Shown here piece after piece: positions 48,908-61,240 of a stretch of DNA of 64,000 bases (positions within the stretch are counted from its first letter, which is position 1; each line of letters opens with the position of its first letter). Location: NCBI RefSeq assembly GCF_044704955.1, contig NC_091984.1:197408001-197472000 (forward strand), read 5' to 3'. This DNA comes from Pristiophorus japonicus. Taxonomy: Eukaryota. The notes under the pieces were generated by a model, which saw only the letters and a list, made by a program, of their open reading frames with translations, did not search any database and had not been told where the DNA came from. Both the position numbers and the translations under genes were made by a program.

Positions 48908-50769
48908 TCCCTCCAGCGATCGACGTCCCCTGCGCTCAGAGGCAAAGCAAGCCCCCACCTGAGGTTGGACCCGGCACCAGGGAGCAGGCCAGCACAACAC
49001 CCGAGGCACAGACCGCTCAGCACGACTGCGTGGAGATGATGCAGCTGAGACGACCCGAATGCACCTTCCAGACTCCAGTGGCAGGACTCCGGAGGAAGAA
49101 AATCGGACGCAGAGGTGACTTCCCAGCTTCGGTGGCGGAACCCGGGGAGAAGAGGATCACAGCAGTCGACAACAGGGATGGAAGAAAGATGGCGCCCAAA
49201 TCACGAGGTGAGGCGCTGAAGAAAAAGATGGCGGCGGCCAAATCATGAGGTGCAGCGCTGATGGAGCGACATGTGGCACCAAGCGAAGAAGAGGATTGGG
49301 GTAAAGATAGCAAGGCTCTCTTAAAGGAGGCCTGCAACTCACCACACTTAAAGGGACAGTTCCACACTCTCAATCAATGTAATAGCAACTGTGAGTTAGA
49401 TGTAAAATGTGTAATTGATGATCAGAGTTGTGTACATGCAATAAGCAAGGAAAAGTCACGCGATTGCGAGTTACAGGTTATTCACAATAAGTAATGAAAC
49501 GTTGTGCGATGTAGGATTTCAACCGCATTCAGTCAATGCGGCGGGCAAACACCCATCGGGAGCACACAGGTTCAGCGATCTACTCAATGCTGTAGCCTGC
49601 GTCCCTGGGACCAGAGTGATGCACCACGGAGTTGGCCACAAGCAGTTAATATACACAAGCAAGCGATCTCAGGAGGGCAACGGTATCGATACCCTGCCCC
49701 CGATCGGCTCCACCTCTCAGGCACCCGATGGCACCAACCGCCATGAGCCTGAAAGAGCAAACTGCGCTAAGGCACAGCCCACAGGCCCTATCACCACCAA
49801 GACTACACCCAGGAACGAAGGGTCACCCGCAACGGTTCTCCCAAATGGGACTGGTACCAGCCAGGATCCCAAACCAAATAACGCCCAGGCAAGCGAGTCA
49901 GCAGTTCCCTGTGCACTGCTAGACGACTGCTCCTCAGGGAGCAGCAGCTTCCCGGGGCACAAGGAGAGGACAGGGAGCTCACAGGCATCTGTGAACCTGC
50001 CTGATGCTAGATGCAACGGCAAAAGCCCTAAGAGCAGGCAACTTGAGCCAACCGGGTTCCCACTGCCAGCACTGGGCACTGCGCCGCTACCAGACTACCT
50101 GGACACCATCCAGCCATTCTGGCACTAGTTTGTCCTCATGCACCGGTGCTGACCCCATCACTGACTCCAAGTATATTCCAAGTATGTACCTCACCATTCA
50201 AATGTACTTACCTCACCATGATACCACAAATGCAACACGGTAAATGCAATTTTTTTTTTTGGACTTGAATGTATATGAATGGAATGAGTCAACGGCACAA
50301 TCTGAATGTGGGGGGGGGGAGAGAATGGAGTGGTCATGGACACACAAACAGAAACCACCAGCAACTCCACCGCCAAAGAAACACCACCTAATCACCCAAG
50401 ATGGAAACGACCCTCCAAGGGTCAACCAGATCGAGCTAAGCCCAGAGCACAGTCAATGCCAAGGCGATTTGCACTAAAGACTTGGAGGAGAGTGATGTCA
50501 TGTATCCTACATGGTTATTGCATGTACTATTACAAGGTGTGCCACCTGAGGGCACTACAGTGAGAGGCTTGTAGGTTACCTGTACAGCTGTGCCAGGCGT
50601 AGTATAAAAGGCAGGCCACCATGTGTGATCCTCACTCTGGAGTTACATTAAATGGAATAAGGTTACTACAGTTCAAGCACAACACATTGTCTCGTGGAGT
50701 CATTATTAGAGAATCTGAAGACATAACAGTTTCTGTCACATCATATTGCAGGGAGGGTCAATGATCCAG

Positions 50770-51030
50770 GAGCACTTTTATGCTGCAATCAGCAGATGAA
50801 TGTAAAAGATCTCGTGGCATGATTCAAAGAAGAGCAGAGAGTTTGTCTTGCAACCTGGCTGACATTCACCCTTCAACCAACATCACAAATCAACAGCTTA
50901 ACTGATAATTTATCTAATTTGCTCTCTCTGGGATCTTGATGCTGCTGCATTTTCTTACATAACATTGACCAACAAAAATTCATCTATTAGGAAGGACTTT
51001 GTGCCGTCCTAAGGATGTGCAAGGCATTAT
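50770..51030 (+). mobile_element. Decayed Deu-domain SINE
   Basis: GTAAAAGATCTCGTGGCATGATTCAAAGAAGAGCAG...CCTTCAACCAACATCAC. Confidence 0.65.
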
Positions 51031-51384
51031 TTAATTGGTAGAAGGTGACCAATCTACAGTCCAGGGCCCTGTGTGGCCTATGAACTGTGACAGTGTAATT
51101 CTTAAAGCCCTAGCAACTTTCCATTTGTGTTTATATTTCTTATTTGATGGTTGGCCCTGTTTGGATTTCATGGATCTGGAGATTTGGAAAGGGCTATGGC
51201 GTCATTGAAGGATAAATCCTAAGTCAGAACATTAGGAACAATTTGTATCCACAGCTTGATGTGTTAGCAATTTAATGTGCACATTTAATTAAACTTCATA
51301 TGTGGCCCTGAAGGTTCTATGATATGTACCTAAGTGGTTCAATAAGACAAAACACAACAGCAATCTCTTAGTCTCACAATAATG

Positions 51385-51650
51385 GGCTGGCCGTTCAGGG
51401 CTGAGATGAGGATATATTTATTCACTCAAAGGGTTGTGAATCTTTGGAATTCTCTACCCCTGTGGGCTGTGGATGCTCAGTTGTTGAGTATATAAAAGAT
51501 AGAGATCGATGGATTTTTGGATCCTAAGGGAATCAAGGGATATGGGGATAGGACGGGAAATGGAACTGAGGTAGAAGATCAACCATGATCGTATTGAATG
51601 GTGGAGCTGGCTCGAATGGCTGAATGGCCGTTTCCTACTCCTATTTCTGT
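51385..51650 (+). mobile_element. Older CR1 3' fragment
   Basis: GGGTTGTGAATCTTTGGAATTCTCTACCC...GAATGGCC...CCTATTTCT. Confidence 0.85.
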
Positions 51651-52015
51651 CAATAATTTGCAGTTATATAGTATCGTTAAAACATCCTAAGGTGCTTCAA
51701 AGAGACACAAGAAAAAAATGGGCACTGAGCTATCGAAGAAAATACTAAGAGGGTAAAGAGTTAGATTTTAGGGCAGGTCTTAAGAGAGGTGGCAAGGCAA
51801 AGGGCTTTAGAGATGGAGTTCCAGAGCATGGGGATTTGAATGCTGAAGGTATAGCTGCCAATGGTGGGATGGAGGGAATAGAGGAAGCATGTGAGTTTGG
51901 TGCGGGGGGTGGGGGGAGGGTTCAGCAACTGAGATGGTTACAGAGCTAGGGAGGGGTGAGACCATAAAGGAATTTAAACACAATTTGAAGCACTGGGGGG
52001 AATAGGAGCCAATGT
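51650..52015 (-). mobile_element. Decayed L2 3' fragment
   Basis: Similarity to 41477-41820. Confidence 0.55.
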
Positions 52016-52116
52016 AAAGCTTGGATTCCGCTGTTACTAAGGTATTATATTATGAGGCTGACTTTACGAGTTTGCATTATTGATGCCGGGTAGCTTTAAC
52101 TGTGTGTATTGAAATA

Positions 52117-52460
52117 TCATCATCATCATCATAGGCGGTCTGTCATATCGAGGATGACTTGCTTCTGCCCCAAAAAGGGATGAATTCACAGGTGTTTGAA
52201 TGAAGGACCTAATATTCCAGGTCCAAAACTACATATTGAAGGGTGGAAGATGCCCGTGCATGGATTTTTTTAATGTGTGGTGGCCGTTGCACACCAGCCA
52301 CCACACGGCTTGACAGAGCTAGGTCTTGGTTCAGTGGCAGGGATTAACCAAGACGACTGGAGACCAGCTCTGCTGCACAGACCTAGTGCGCACACAATCG
52401 CAGTTTGGGCTGGCCCGTGCTGCCCCTGGGCCCTCGCCTCTTCTGGCCCCAAGGCTCATT
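52117..52460 (-). mobile_element. Non-autonomous RTE-derived element
   Basis: (ATC)n tail; reverse-complement homology to 21690-21929. Confidence 0.8.
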
Positions 52461-53514
52461 GCCCACGATGTTCCATCCATTCATTTTAATGGGCCGAATA
52501 CTGGGGGCAGCATGCCTGCGATTTCCAGGTATGTGTAGCCAGTGGAAGAGGCTCCTCGCTGATAACCTACAGAGAATGACAGATATCCAGGAATTGTTAT
52601 AAAACAGTCATAAAATAAATTCAGATGCTGCGTAATCAATGACGGCATCACTGAAGTAATGGCTTTAATATTACGGTGATGTAAGAAATAGGATAATGAG
52701 CACAAGGAGATCAGGTCATCGGAACTTGAAGATTAGGTGAGTGTTTGAAATTAGGCTATATTATTGTTGACTTTATATTGTATAACATAAATAGTATGAA
52801 ATGATTTAATCACTTTTTCCTTCTTTTGATGCCAGCTGCTTCTCTCGGCCATCACTGAGTGCTTTTGTGCTCCATGTCACTGAAGCATGATAACATTCAC
52901 AATGAAGGACTAATGAATCTGACGTCATCACTTTAATGTGAACTTGCCCTGTGTATATATATTCAAATAGAGCAAAGAAAATGATAAAGGAAAAGCTTTG
53001 TGATCTATTGTTTTGTTTTTAGAAATAATTTCAGACACTTTAATTTCATCTATCTACAGCCTTTCCTCAACAGTGGATCTCAGCTACTCTGGTTAAATCA
53101 GCTTTAGTCCTGCACTGCTGAACTAGAAAATCACAAAACAGCAGCAACAGACATATAAGAATTGTAGTCAAGCTGATTCTATATGTTACATCCACAAAAG
53201 ATACAGAAAAAAGAATATTTCAGTGTAAAAAATCGTACAAAACTACCTTTTTGCTTCCAAAGCCTTCTGCCCTTTTAAAAAAAAGAATGTGTTGTGTAAA
53301 ATGCTTTGAGGAGCTCTTTGCGGGTTCCATGATAATGCCACACTCTGATGGTGCAGTTGTGGAAATGACCCAACTACTATTTAGTGGTATAGAGAAGATT
53401 AATGCCATGACCCTGCACTTTCAGTGCAGCACTTACCGTAGAAGCAATCATCCAACCAATCAAGAGATTTAAATAGTCAGTAACCCTTTTTGGTTGTCCC
53501 TACCTAGATGAAAC

Positions 53515-55095
53515 CATCATCATCATAGGCAGTCCCTCAAAATCAAGAAAGACTTGCTTCCACTCTAAAAGTGAGTTCTCAGGTGACTGTACAGTCCAAT
53601 GCGGGAATTACAGTCTCTGTCACAGGTGGGGTCGACAATGGTTGCAGGAAGGGGTGGGTGGGGAATCTGGTTTGCCGCACGCCCCTTCTGCTGTCTGCGC
53701 TTGATTTCCGCATGCTCTTGGCGATGAACTCGAGGTGTTCAGCGCCCTCCCGGATGCTGATAGTAGACTCCCAAAGTATGGAAAATGGTCCACGTTGTCC
53801 AAGGCTGCGCCATGGATTTTGATGACCGGGGGACAGTGCTGTGTTGCGGGGTCAGGTTGGTGGAGAACCTTTGTCTTACGGATGTTTAGTGTAAGGTCCA
53901 TGCTTTCGTACGCCTCGGTGAAGGTGTTGACGATGGCTAGGAGTTCGGCCTCTGAGTGTGCGCAGACGCAAGCGTCGTCCGCATAATGTAGTTCAATGAT
54001 AGAGGATGGGACGACCTTGGATCTAGCCTGGAGGTGGCGAAGGCTGAACAAGTTCCCATTGGTTCTATAGTTTAGGTCCACTCCAGCGGGGAGTTTGTTG
54101 AGAGTGAGATGAAGCATTGCAGCAAGGTAGAGCGAGAAGAGCATTGGTGCGATGACGCAGCCCTACTTGACCCCGGTCCGGATGTGGATTGGGTCTGTGA
54201 TGAATCCCTTGGTCAGGATCACGGCTTGGATGTCATCGTGGAGCAGGCAGAGGATGGTGACAAACTTTTGGGGGCAGCTGAAACGGAGGAGGAAGCTGCA
54301 TAGTCCCTCGCGGTTAACAGTGTCAAAGGCCTTTGTGAAGGTCAAAGAAGGCCATTGATGCTGTTCCCTGCATTTCTCTTGCAGTTGTCGCACCGTGAAG
54401 ATCATGTCCGTTGTACCCCTTAGTGGACGGAATCCGCATTGCGACTCTGGGAGGAGCTCTTCAGCCACAGGGAGAAGACGATTGAGGAGGATTCTTGTGA
54501 TGACTTTCCAGGCCAACAGCAGGGAGATTCCTCTGTAGTTAACGCAATCGGACTTGTCTCCTTTTTTGAAGATGGTCATGATTACGGCACCTCTGAGATC
54601 TCCCGGCGTGCTCTCCTCCTTCCAGATAAGAGCGATGAGGTCATGCATTCATGCCAATAGTGCTTCTCCGCTATACTTTAGTGCCTCGGTAAGGATTCCA
54701 TCTGCTCCTGTTGCCTTGTTATTCTTGAGCTGATGAATTGCCTTTTCTATTTCTTACAGGGCTGGGGTTTTGCTGAGATGGGGGCGGGTAGCATGCTGCG
54801 GGATGGAGTCGCGGGCACTCGCGTCGAAGAGAGTCTTGGTTAAGGAGGTCTTCGAAATGCTCCTTCCAGCGGGCACTAATTGCCTCGGCGTCCTTAATGA
54901 GTGCCTCTCTGTTCTTGCCAGCAGTGGGTGCTTGGGCTGTAGGTAGTTTTGACTGCACTGAAGAATCCTCGCACGTCCTAGTTGTCGGCCAGCTGCTGGA
55001 TCTCCTGTGCTTTCTCCACCGACCATCTATTCTTTAGGTTGCGGGTTTTTTGCTGGATCTCAGCCTTCAGCCGCCTGTAGAGCTGCCTGTAGATG
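53515..55095 (-). mobile_element. RTE-clade LINE, degraded RT region with an internal deletion
   Basis: NYRGISLL, LPESQCGFRP.RGTTDMIF, TKAFDTV, ELHYADDA and a (GAT)n tail. Confidence 0.95.
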
Positions 55096-55240
55096 AAACC
55101 ACTGGACATGCAGGAGTAAGCTAGCGTAGAACCAGGCAAGTTAGTCTGAATAAAGGTCGAGACTGCTGGGTCGAGTCCCTCAATCATGTTTGCTGGTCTG
55201 TAATTCCACGTTATTGTATGACAGTCTTATTGCAGTCTCG

Positions 55241-55347
55241 GGGGGCGGGGAGGTGTCGATCGGGGGGAGGTGTTGATTGGGGGAAGGTGTCGATCGAGGG
55301 GAAGGTGTCGATTGGGTGGGCGCGGGGAGGTGTCGATAGGGGATCGG
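55241..55347. repeat. G-rich ~17-bp minisatellite (GGGGAGGTGTCGAT core, ~5 units), probably inside a MITE-like element
   Basis: Repeated AGGTGTCGAT units. Confidence 0.75.
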
Positions 55348-55859
55348 CAGGGTGGAACGGTCCACATTCTTTTTGGCACCACGTTGTGCTGTGCGAGCTC
55401 AGCACATGGCGAGTGAAGCGCTGAGGCATTCAGAAATTAAGAATTTAAATAAATTATGTCCACCTTTGAATGCTCGTGACATGGGTTCCTGACACCAGTG
55501 GTACCATCTTATTCAATATGGCGGGTGACTCATTTTTGGATGGAAATGTGCCCTCCCTTCCTGCCCGCCGTATTGGGGGATCAGAAGGCTATTTAGCACC
55601 TGTAAAATGACCGCTGCACAGCCGAATTTCTGGGCTATGATGGGGCGAGTAGTCTCTTTCTGTGTTGTATACTTCCATGGTTCTGTCAGTGCCCAGCTCA
55701 TCGAACCAATGTGGTAATCAGTGCCCAGCATATCTAATCAATCCAGTAATTACTGCCGTGTGTAAATAACAGATGTGGTAACTAATGATCTATATGGTTA
55801 TCTGACAAAGTGTCAGCTTGGCTCAGTGAGTAAGAAGGTTCTGGAATCATGCCCACTTC

Positions 55860-57355
55860 TTTTGAAACACTAAAGGTTAGTATGCAGGTACAGCAAGTGA
55901 TCAGGATGGCCAATGGTATCTTGGCCTTTATTGCAAAGGGGATGGAGTATAAAAGCAGGTGGTAAAAACAGAGAGACAGACTATTATCTGAATGGTGACA
56001 GATTAGGAAAAGGGCAGGTGCAAAGAGACCTGGGTGTCATGGTACATCAGTCATTGAAGGTTGGCATGCAGGTACAGCAGGCGGTTAAGAAAGCAAATGG
56101 CATGTTGGCCTTCATAGCGAGGGGATTTGAGTACAAGGGCAGGGAGGTGTTGCTACAATTGTACAGGGCCTTGGTGAGGCCACACCTGGAGTATTGTGTA
56201 CAGTTTTGGTCTCCTAACCTGAGGAAGGACATTCTTGCTATTGAGGGAGTGCAGCGAAGGTTCACCAGACTGATTCCCGGGATGGCGGGACTGACCTATC
56301 AAGAAAGACTGGATCAACTGGGCTTGTATTCACTGGAGTTCAGAAGAATGAGAGGGGACCTCATAGAAACGTTTAAAATTCTGACGGGGTTAGACAGGTT
56401 AGATGCAGGAAGAATGTTCCCAATGTTGGGGAAGTCCAGAACCAGGGGACACAGTCTAAGGATAAGGGGGAAGCCATTTAGGACCGAGATGAGGAGGAAT
56501 TTCTTCACCCAGAGAGTGGTGAACCTGTGGAATTCTCTACCACAGAAAGTTGTTGAGGCCAATTCACTAAATATATTCAAAAAGGAGTTAGATGAAGTCC
56601 TTACTACTAGGGGAATCAAGGGGTATGGTGAGAAAGCAGGAATGGGGTACTGAAGTTGCATGTTCAGCCATGAACTCATTGAATGGCGGTGCAGGCTCGA
56701 AGGGCCGAATGGCCTACTCCTGCACCTATTTTCTATGTTTCTATGTTTCTAAGTCTTGCTACAGCTATATAAGGTATTGGTGAGGCCACACCTGGAATAC
56801 TGCGTAAGTTTTGGTTTCCATATTTACGAAAGGATATACTTGTTTTGGAGGCAGTTCAGAGAAGGTTCACTAGGTTGATTCCGCGGATGAGGGGGTTGAC
56901 TTATGAGGAAAGGTTGAGTAGGTTGGGCCTCTACTCATTGGAATTCAGAAGAATGAGAGGTGATATTATCGAAACGTATAAGATTATGAGGGGGCTTGAC
57001 AAGGTGGATGCAGAGAGGATGTTTCCACTGATGGGGTAGACTAGAACTAGAGGGCATGATCTTAGAATAAGGGGCCGCCCTTTTAAAACAGAGATGAGGA
57101 GAAATTTCTTCTCTCAGAGGATTGTAAATCTGTGGAATTCGCTGCCTCGGAAAGCTGTGGAAGCTGGGACATTGAATAAATTTAAGACAGAAATAGACAG
57201 TTTCTTAAAAGATAAGAGGATAAGGGGTTATGGGGAGCGGGCAGGGAAGTGGAGCTGAGTCCATGATCAGATCAGCCATGATCTTATTGAATGGCGGAGC
57301 AGGCTCGAGGGGCCGAATGGCCTACTTCTGTTCCTATTTCTTATGTTCTTATGTT
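55860..57355 (+). mobile_element. CR1 3' fragment (55860-55959 and 56752-57355), host of a second CR1
   Basis: GAGTATAAAAGCAGG | AAGTCTTGCTACAG is contiguous once the insert is removed. (CTTATGTT)n tail. Confidence 0.9.
55958..56751 (+). mobile_element. Young CR1 3' fragment nested in another CR1
   Basis: Intact frame GGKNRETDYYLNG...GYGEKAGMGY and a (CTATGTTT)n tail. Confidence 0.95.
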
Positions 57356-58429
57356 CTCCAGAGCCTTATCACATAATCATGGCAAACATTTCAGCGTAGT
57401 ACTGAAGGAATGCTGCCGTCCTATTTCTTATGTTCTTATGTTCATATATCTTTTGGATGAGATGTTAAACAGAGGCCCCATCTGCCTATTTAGATGGACA
57501 TAAAATATCCCATGGCAGTATTCAAAGAAGAGCAGGGGAGTTCTCCTGATGTCCAGGCCAACAATTATCCCTCAACCAGCACCACCAAAAACAGATGAAC
57601 TAGTCATTTAATTCACTGTTGTTTGTAGGACCTTGCTGTGCGCAAGGTGGCTGCTGTGTTTGCCCATATAACCACAGTGACTATATTTCAACAGTAATTA
57701 ATCAGCTGTGAAGCACTTTGGGATATCAAAGGTGCTATATAAATATGAGTTCTTTCTTTCTAATGCAGAAGCTGGGGACTACCACTATCTGACCTAGTCA
57801 TTGGCCCACATAGTTTACTTGCTGCATGTGACCAATATGGCTGAAACTTACCTGATCAGAGATATGAGGGTATTGCTGAAACAATAGCAGTGATGTGCTT
57901 GGCTATAATAGTGTTGTAAAATTCTTGGTACAATGATTCAGGCTTTTTTTTGTGGATTGATCTTTGTGGTACAGCTGTCATAGTTTAAACTAACAATTTA
58001 GGTCAGGATTTGTCATTTGATTTAAAGCCACTGAAAAAGTTAGAACAATATCCAAGATCAATAATAAATGGGAAGATTTGTGTTTACCATGTCAGCCTTC
58101 CTTTCAGGAATTCGTTTTCCTCCCTGCCAAAACAATCATTGGCCCGACATGCACGCATCTATATCGAATCCAACCCTGCTCGTGCTTTCGCCTGTGTGAG
58201 GGCCATGGTTGCATGGGTGTGGGGGCACTGAGTGAGGAGGTTGAGGACAGAGAGGAGGAAACTATGTGCACTGTCAGTCGATGCATAGGAAAGGAACAGC
58301 GACAGCTCAGCACATTGGAAGGAGAGCTCGACAGAGAGGGAGTGAGAGCAAATACCTGGGCTGAGACAGGGGATGGACACCATTCAGAGTCGGGACACTA
58401 GTTTAAAAATGAAATGTATTCATTTTGGC

Positions 58430-58857
58430 GTGGAACTAATGCTTTCATATAGCGCCCTTTACGAAATCAGGATGTCCAATAAAGTACTTTTTGAAGTGTA
58501 GTCACTATTGTAATGTAGGAAATGCAGCAGCCAATTTTGTGCACAGCAAGTTCTCACAAACAGCAATATGATAATGACCAAATAATCTGTTTTTTAGTGA
58601 TATAAGTTGAGGGATAAACAATGGGAGAACTCCTCTGCTCTTCAAATAGTGCCATAGCATCTTTTACGTCCAAGCGAGAGGGCAGATGGGGCCTCGATTT
58701 AATATCTTATCCGAAAGACAGCACCTCTGACAGGGCAGCACTGCCATAATATGCACTGGAGTGTCAGCCTAGATTTTGTGCTAAAGTTTCAGGAGTGGGG
58801 GTTGAACGTACAACCTTTTGACTCAGTGTGCTACCCATTGAATCACCGCTGACACCA
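58430..58857 (-). mobile_element. Near full-length tRNA-derived Deu-domain SINE (SacSINE1-like)
   Basis: Head, Deu domain (CTTTTACGTCCA..GAGAGGGCAGATGGGGCCTCG) and tail all present. Confidence 0.85.
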
Positions 58858-59729
58858 TAATGAAACGTAGGTGTCAAATAACATTCTACCTGTTTAACAT
58901 TAATAATATCTTGAATAATGGGAACTTTAATGACTACTGCATCACACAGAAATTCTTTTGGTAGTATGAAATTGGTAAATGATACAATTGACAACAATCG
59001 CAAATAGTAGAACTGCAAATACCAATACCAAACTGTAAAAATGCTGCACCAATCAGAAAAACCTTCACTGAATCAGTCAGAACGTTCCTGCGTTAGACTT
59101 TAGGCAGACACAAACAAAAAATGATAGGTAGCTGAAGACGAAGCTCTTCTAAATGGATGTTCAAATTGGCAAATATTGACATGTATAGAGGTTGGGATGG
59201 CATGGGCTGTGATATGAGCTATGAGGTCATATGTAGATGTATCCAAGCCATTCTCACAGTCGAAATAAAATCCTGATATCATTGACATTGCATTAATGCA
59301 TATCTCTTGGTATTTATTCTTGAAATAAATGCAAATGATGACTTTCTAATTCAGTTGTATTTTAGCATAAACCAAATTTAAACCGCTCAACAGTTGACAT
59401 CCAGTCCCGCCTGCAGGAAGCTACAGTTGAGTGAAATCTGAAGATCCTTGCTGGCCGGCCAGTAATCATTAATTGCTTGGAAAGACCTCAGGATTGAAAA
59501 GCTAATTCAAATTCTGAAACAGTCTGAATGGAGAAGCAGAGGCTAAATTCACATTCTAAAGACAAATGCAAGGTTTCCCTGAAGGCTCAGCGTGTTTATC
59601 CAGTAAACAGACGAAGAAGTTCCCAGGTTTGAGTCCTGTTTCTGCTGAATTATCTGACCTCAGCCAGGATGGTGTTAGGTTGCTACAGTTGGCCTCTGTG
59701 TCCCATTCGGGAGGAGAAAATAAGTCAGG

Positions 59730-60000
59730 TGGGCCAAAATTGCCCCTTTTTGTAGCCCCGTTAGCGCCTCAAGGCACGCAACGCCCCGCGATTAGCATCA
59801 CGGGCCGGCGCTCAACTGACGATGATGTCATCGCCGTGCGCGCCGGCCCCTCACTGCCCCACACCAATTCCTTTGCACCCCGTCTCCTCAATCCCACCTG
59901 ATATCGGCACATGCACTTTCAAGCAAAAATCACTGGGTAGGGATCAGGAATTTTCCCTTCCCTCCAAAACCCAAAGGGCACGGAGGCCAATTGTAGCACC
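59730..60000. mobile_element. MITE-like element following a SINE-like head (59600-59729)
   Basis: Left end GGGCCAAAATTGCCCC, shared with 35499 and with the reverse complement of the 40768 end. Confidence 0.6.
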
Positions 60001-60464
60001 ACAATGACGGAAGTCAGCCAACTCAACACAGAATAGGGCTTGAACCTGATCCCTTCTGGTCCATGTGACCTAATACCATAAACACACAGGGCAAGAGCCA
60101 CTTATTGATGTCTGTCAGAACCTGGGATTTTATTCTGAGGTTTTGGCACAATTAAGATTGGATTTACACCCTCAATATCAGATTGGCAGACAAAATGAAT
60201 CCCGATAACTATGCTGTCTTTTTGTTACCTTTTGCTTGGACAAAGGCCTTGGCAAAATGGCAGCTTAGTGCATCAAGCTTTTGATTCATTTTCTATGTAG
60301 ACTTGACTTGTCTGTGACAAATGCAGTTGATTTATCAAGTCAGTGTTAGATTTAAATATTCAGCAGCCTTTCCACCCTGGAAATGTTAAGTGGAAAACTT
60401 TGCCTAATTGCACGGTTAAAAAGCAACAATATCTGGGTGGATATTCAAATAATCATTCAGCTTC

Positions 60465-60690
60465 AGTGCACATATTTTCCTCAGTGATATACAAAACATT
60501 CTGCTCATTAGTGCTGTTTTCAGCGATAGGCAGAATTTTTGCTCGCTTTTACAGATGGACAGATAAGGTCTACATTATCAGCATAAACCAGGCAATTAAC
60601 ATAGTGGCCAGCAACATCACATCCCACGGCAGTTTCACATAGAGCTACATCAAGGTCATGCATATAAGCATCAAACAACATGGCTGAGAG
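60465..60690 (-). pseudogene. Ancient non-LTR RT fragment, RTEX/Proto2-like
   Basis: LSAMLFDAYMHDLDVALCETAVGCDVAGHYVNCLVYADNVDLICPSVKA, then after a frameshift KILPIAENSTNEQNVLYITEENMC. Confidence 0.65.
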
Positions 60691-61039
60691 ATTTTTTTTC
60701 CCCCTCACTTTATGCAGGTGGTAGATAGGAGGAGGAAGAGATAAAATGGAGATTGAGCATTTTAATAGGTTCCTGTGTATCTTGACCTGCTGCATACTTT
60801 ACTGTACTCTGCTGTAAAATTAGCCTGAGGTCCGAGAGTTCATCAAACAGCATTGTGGGAACACAAATAAATAAACGGAAATAACGTTTTTATTATTAAA
60901 GATGGAACTTTTGCAGTGTTTCAATTGGTATTAATGGAGATCAGCAGTGATGGTGTTAACTAATAGAGCATGTTGCAATATGAGAACAGCCAAAAAACTG
61001 GAGCAGTATTATCTTCCTGTGCAGTGTCATAAAGGGACA

Positions 61040-61240
61040 AAGAAGTTGCAGTTAAATAGAGTCTTTCATGACCTCGGGATGTCCGAAAACAGCCAATTAA
61101 GTACTTTTGAAGTGTAATCACTATTGTAATGGAGGAAACGTGGCAGCCAAATTGCATACAGCAAGGTCCTGCAAACAGCAATGAGGTAATCTGTTTTAGT
61201 GCCATTGCTTGAGGGATAAATATTGGCCAGGACTGCAGGA
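61040..61240 (-). mobile_element. Deu-domain SINE 3' fragment
   Basis: AGTGTAATCACTATTGTAATG...TTGAGGGATAAATATTGGCCAGGAC. Confidence 0.8.

Larger units (their letters stand above)
46399..50728 (+). mobile_element. Gypsy/Ty3-type LTR retroelement, non-autonomous (gag + protease only), with a nested CR1
   Basis: 233-bp TG...CA LTRs at 46399-46631 and 50496-50728. 5-bp TSD GTTTC. PBS-like TGGCGATGAG after the 5' LTR and purine-rich GGAGGAGAGTGA before the 3' LTR. Confidence 0.95.
55810..57760 (+). mobile_element. Deu-domain SINE (55810-55858 and 57356-57760) split by nested CR1 insertions
   Basis: Head GTCAGCTTGGCTCAGTG...CCCACT continues as CTCCAGAG...GATGAGATGTTAAACAGAGGCCCC (Deu domain). 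Confidence 0.75.

Noticed and set aside
52690-52742. Candidate exon ending in a GTGAGT donor
   Set aside because: Poor acceptor, no recognisable peptide and no partner exons.
26651-56679. Many 60-160 aa ORFs antisense to CR1/RTE (e.g. 26651, 32715, 34313, 38055, 48203, 56314)
   Set aside because: Shadow frames of LINE ORF2 that recur in every copy.
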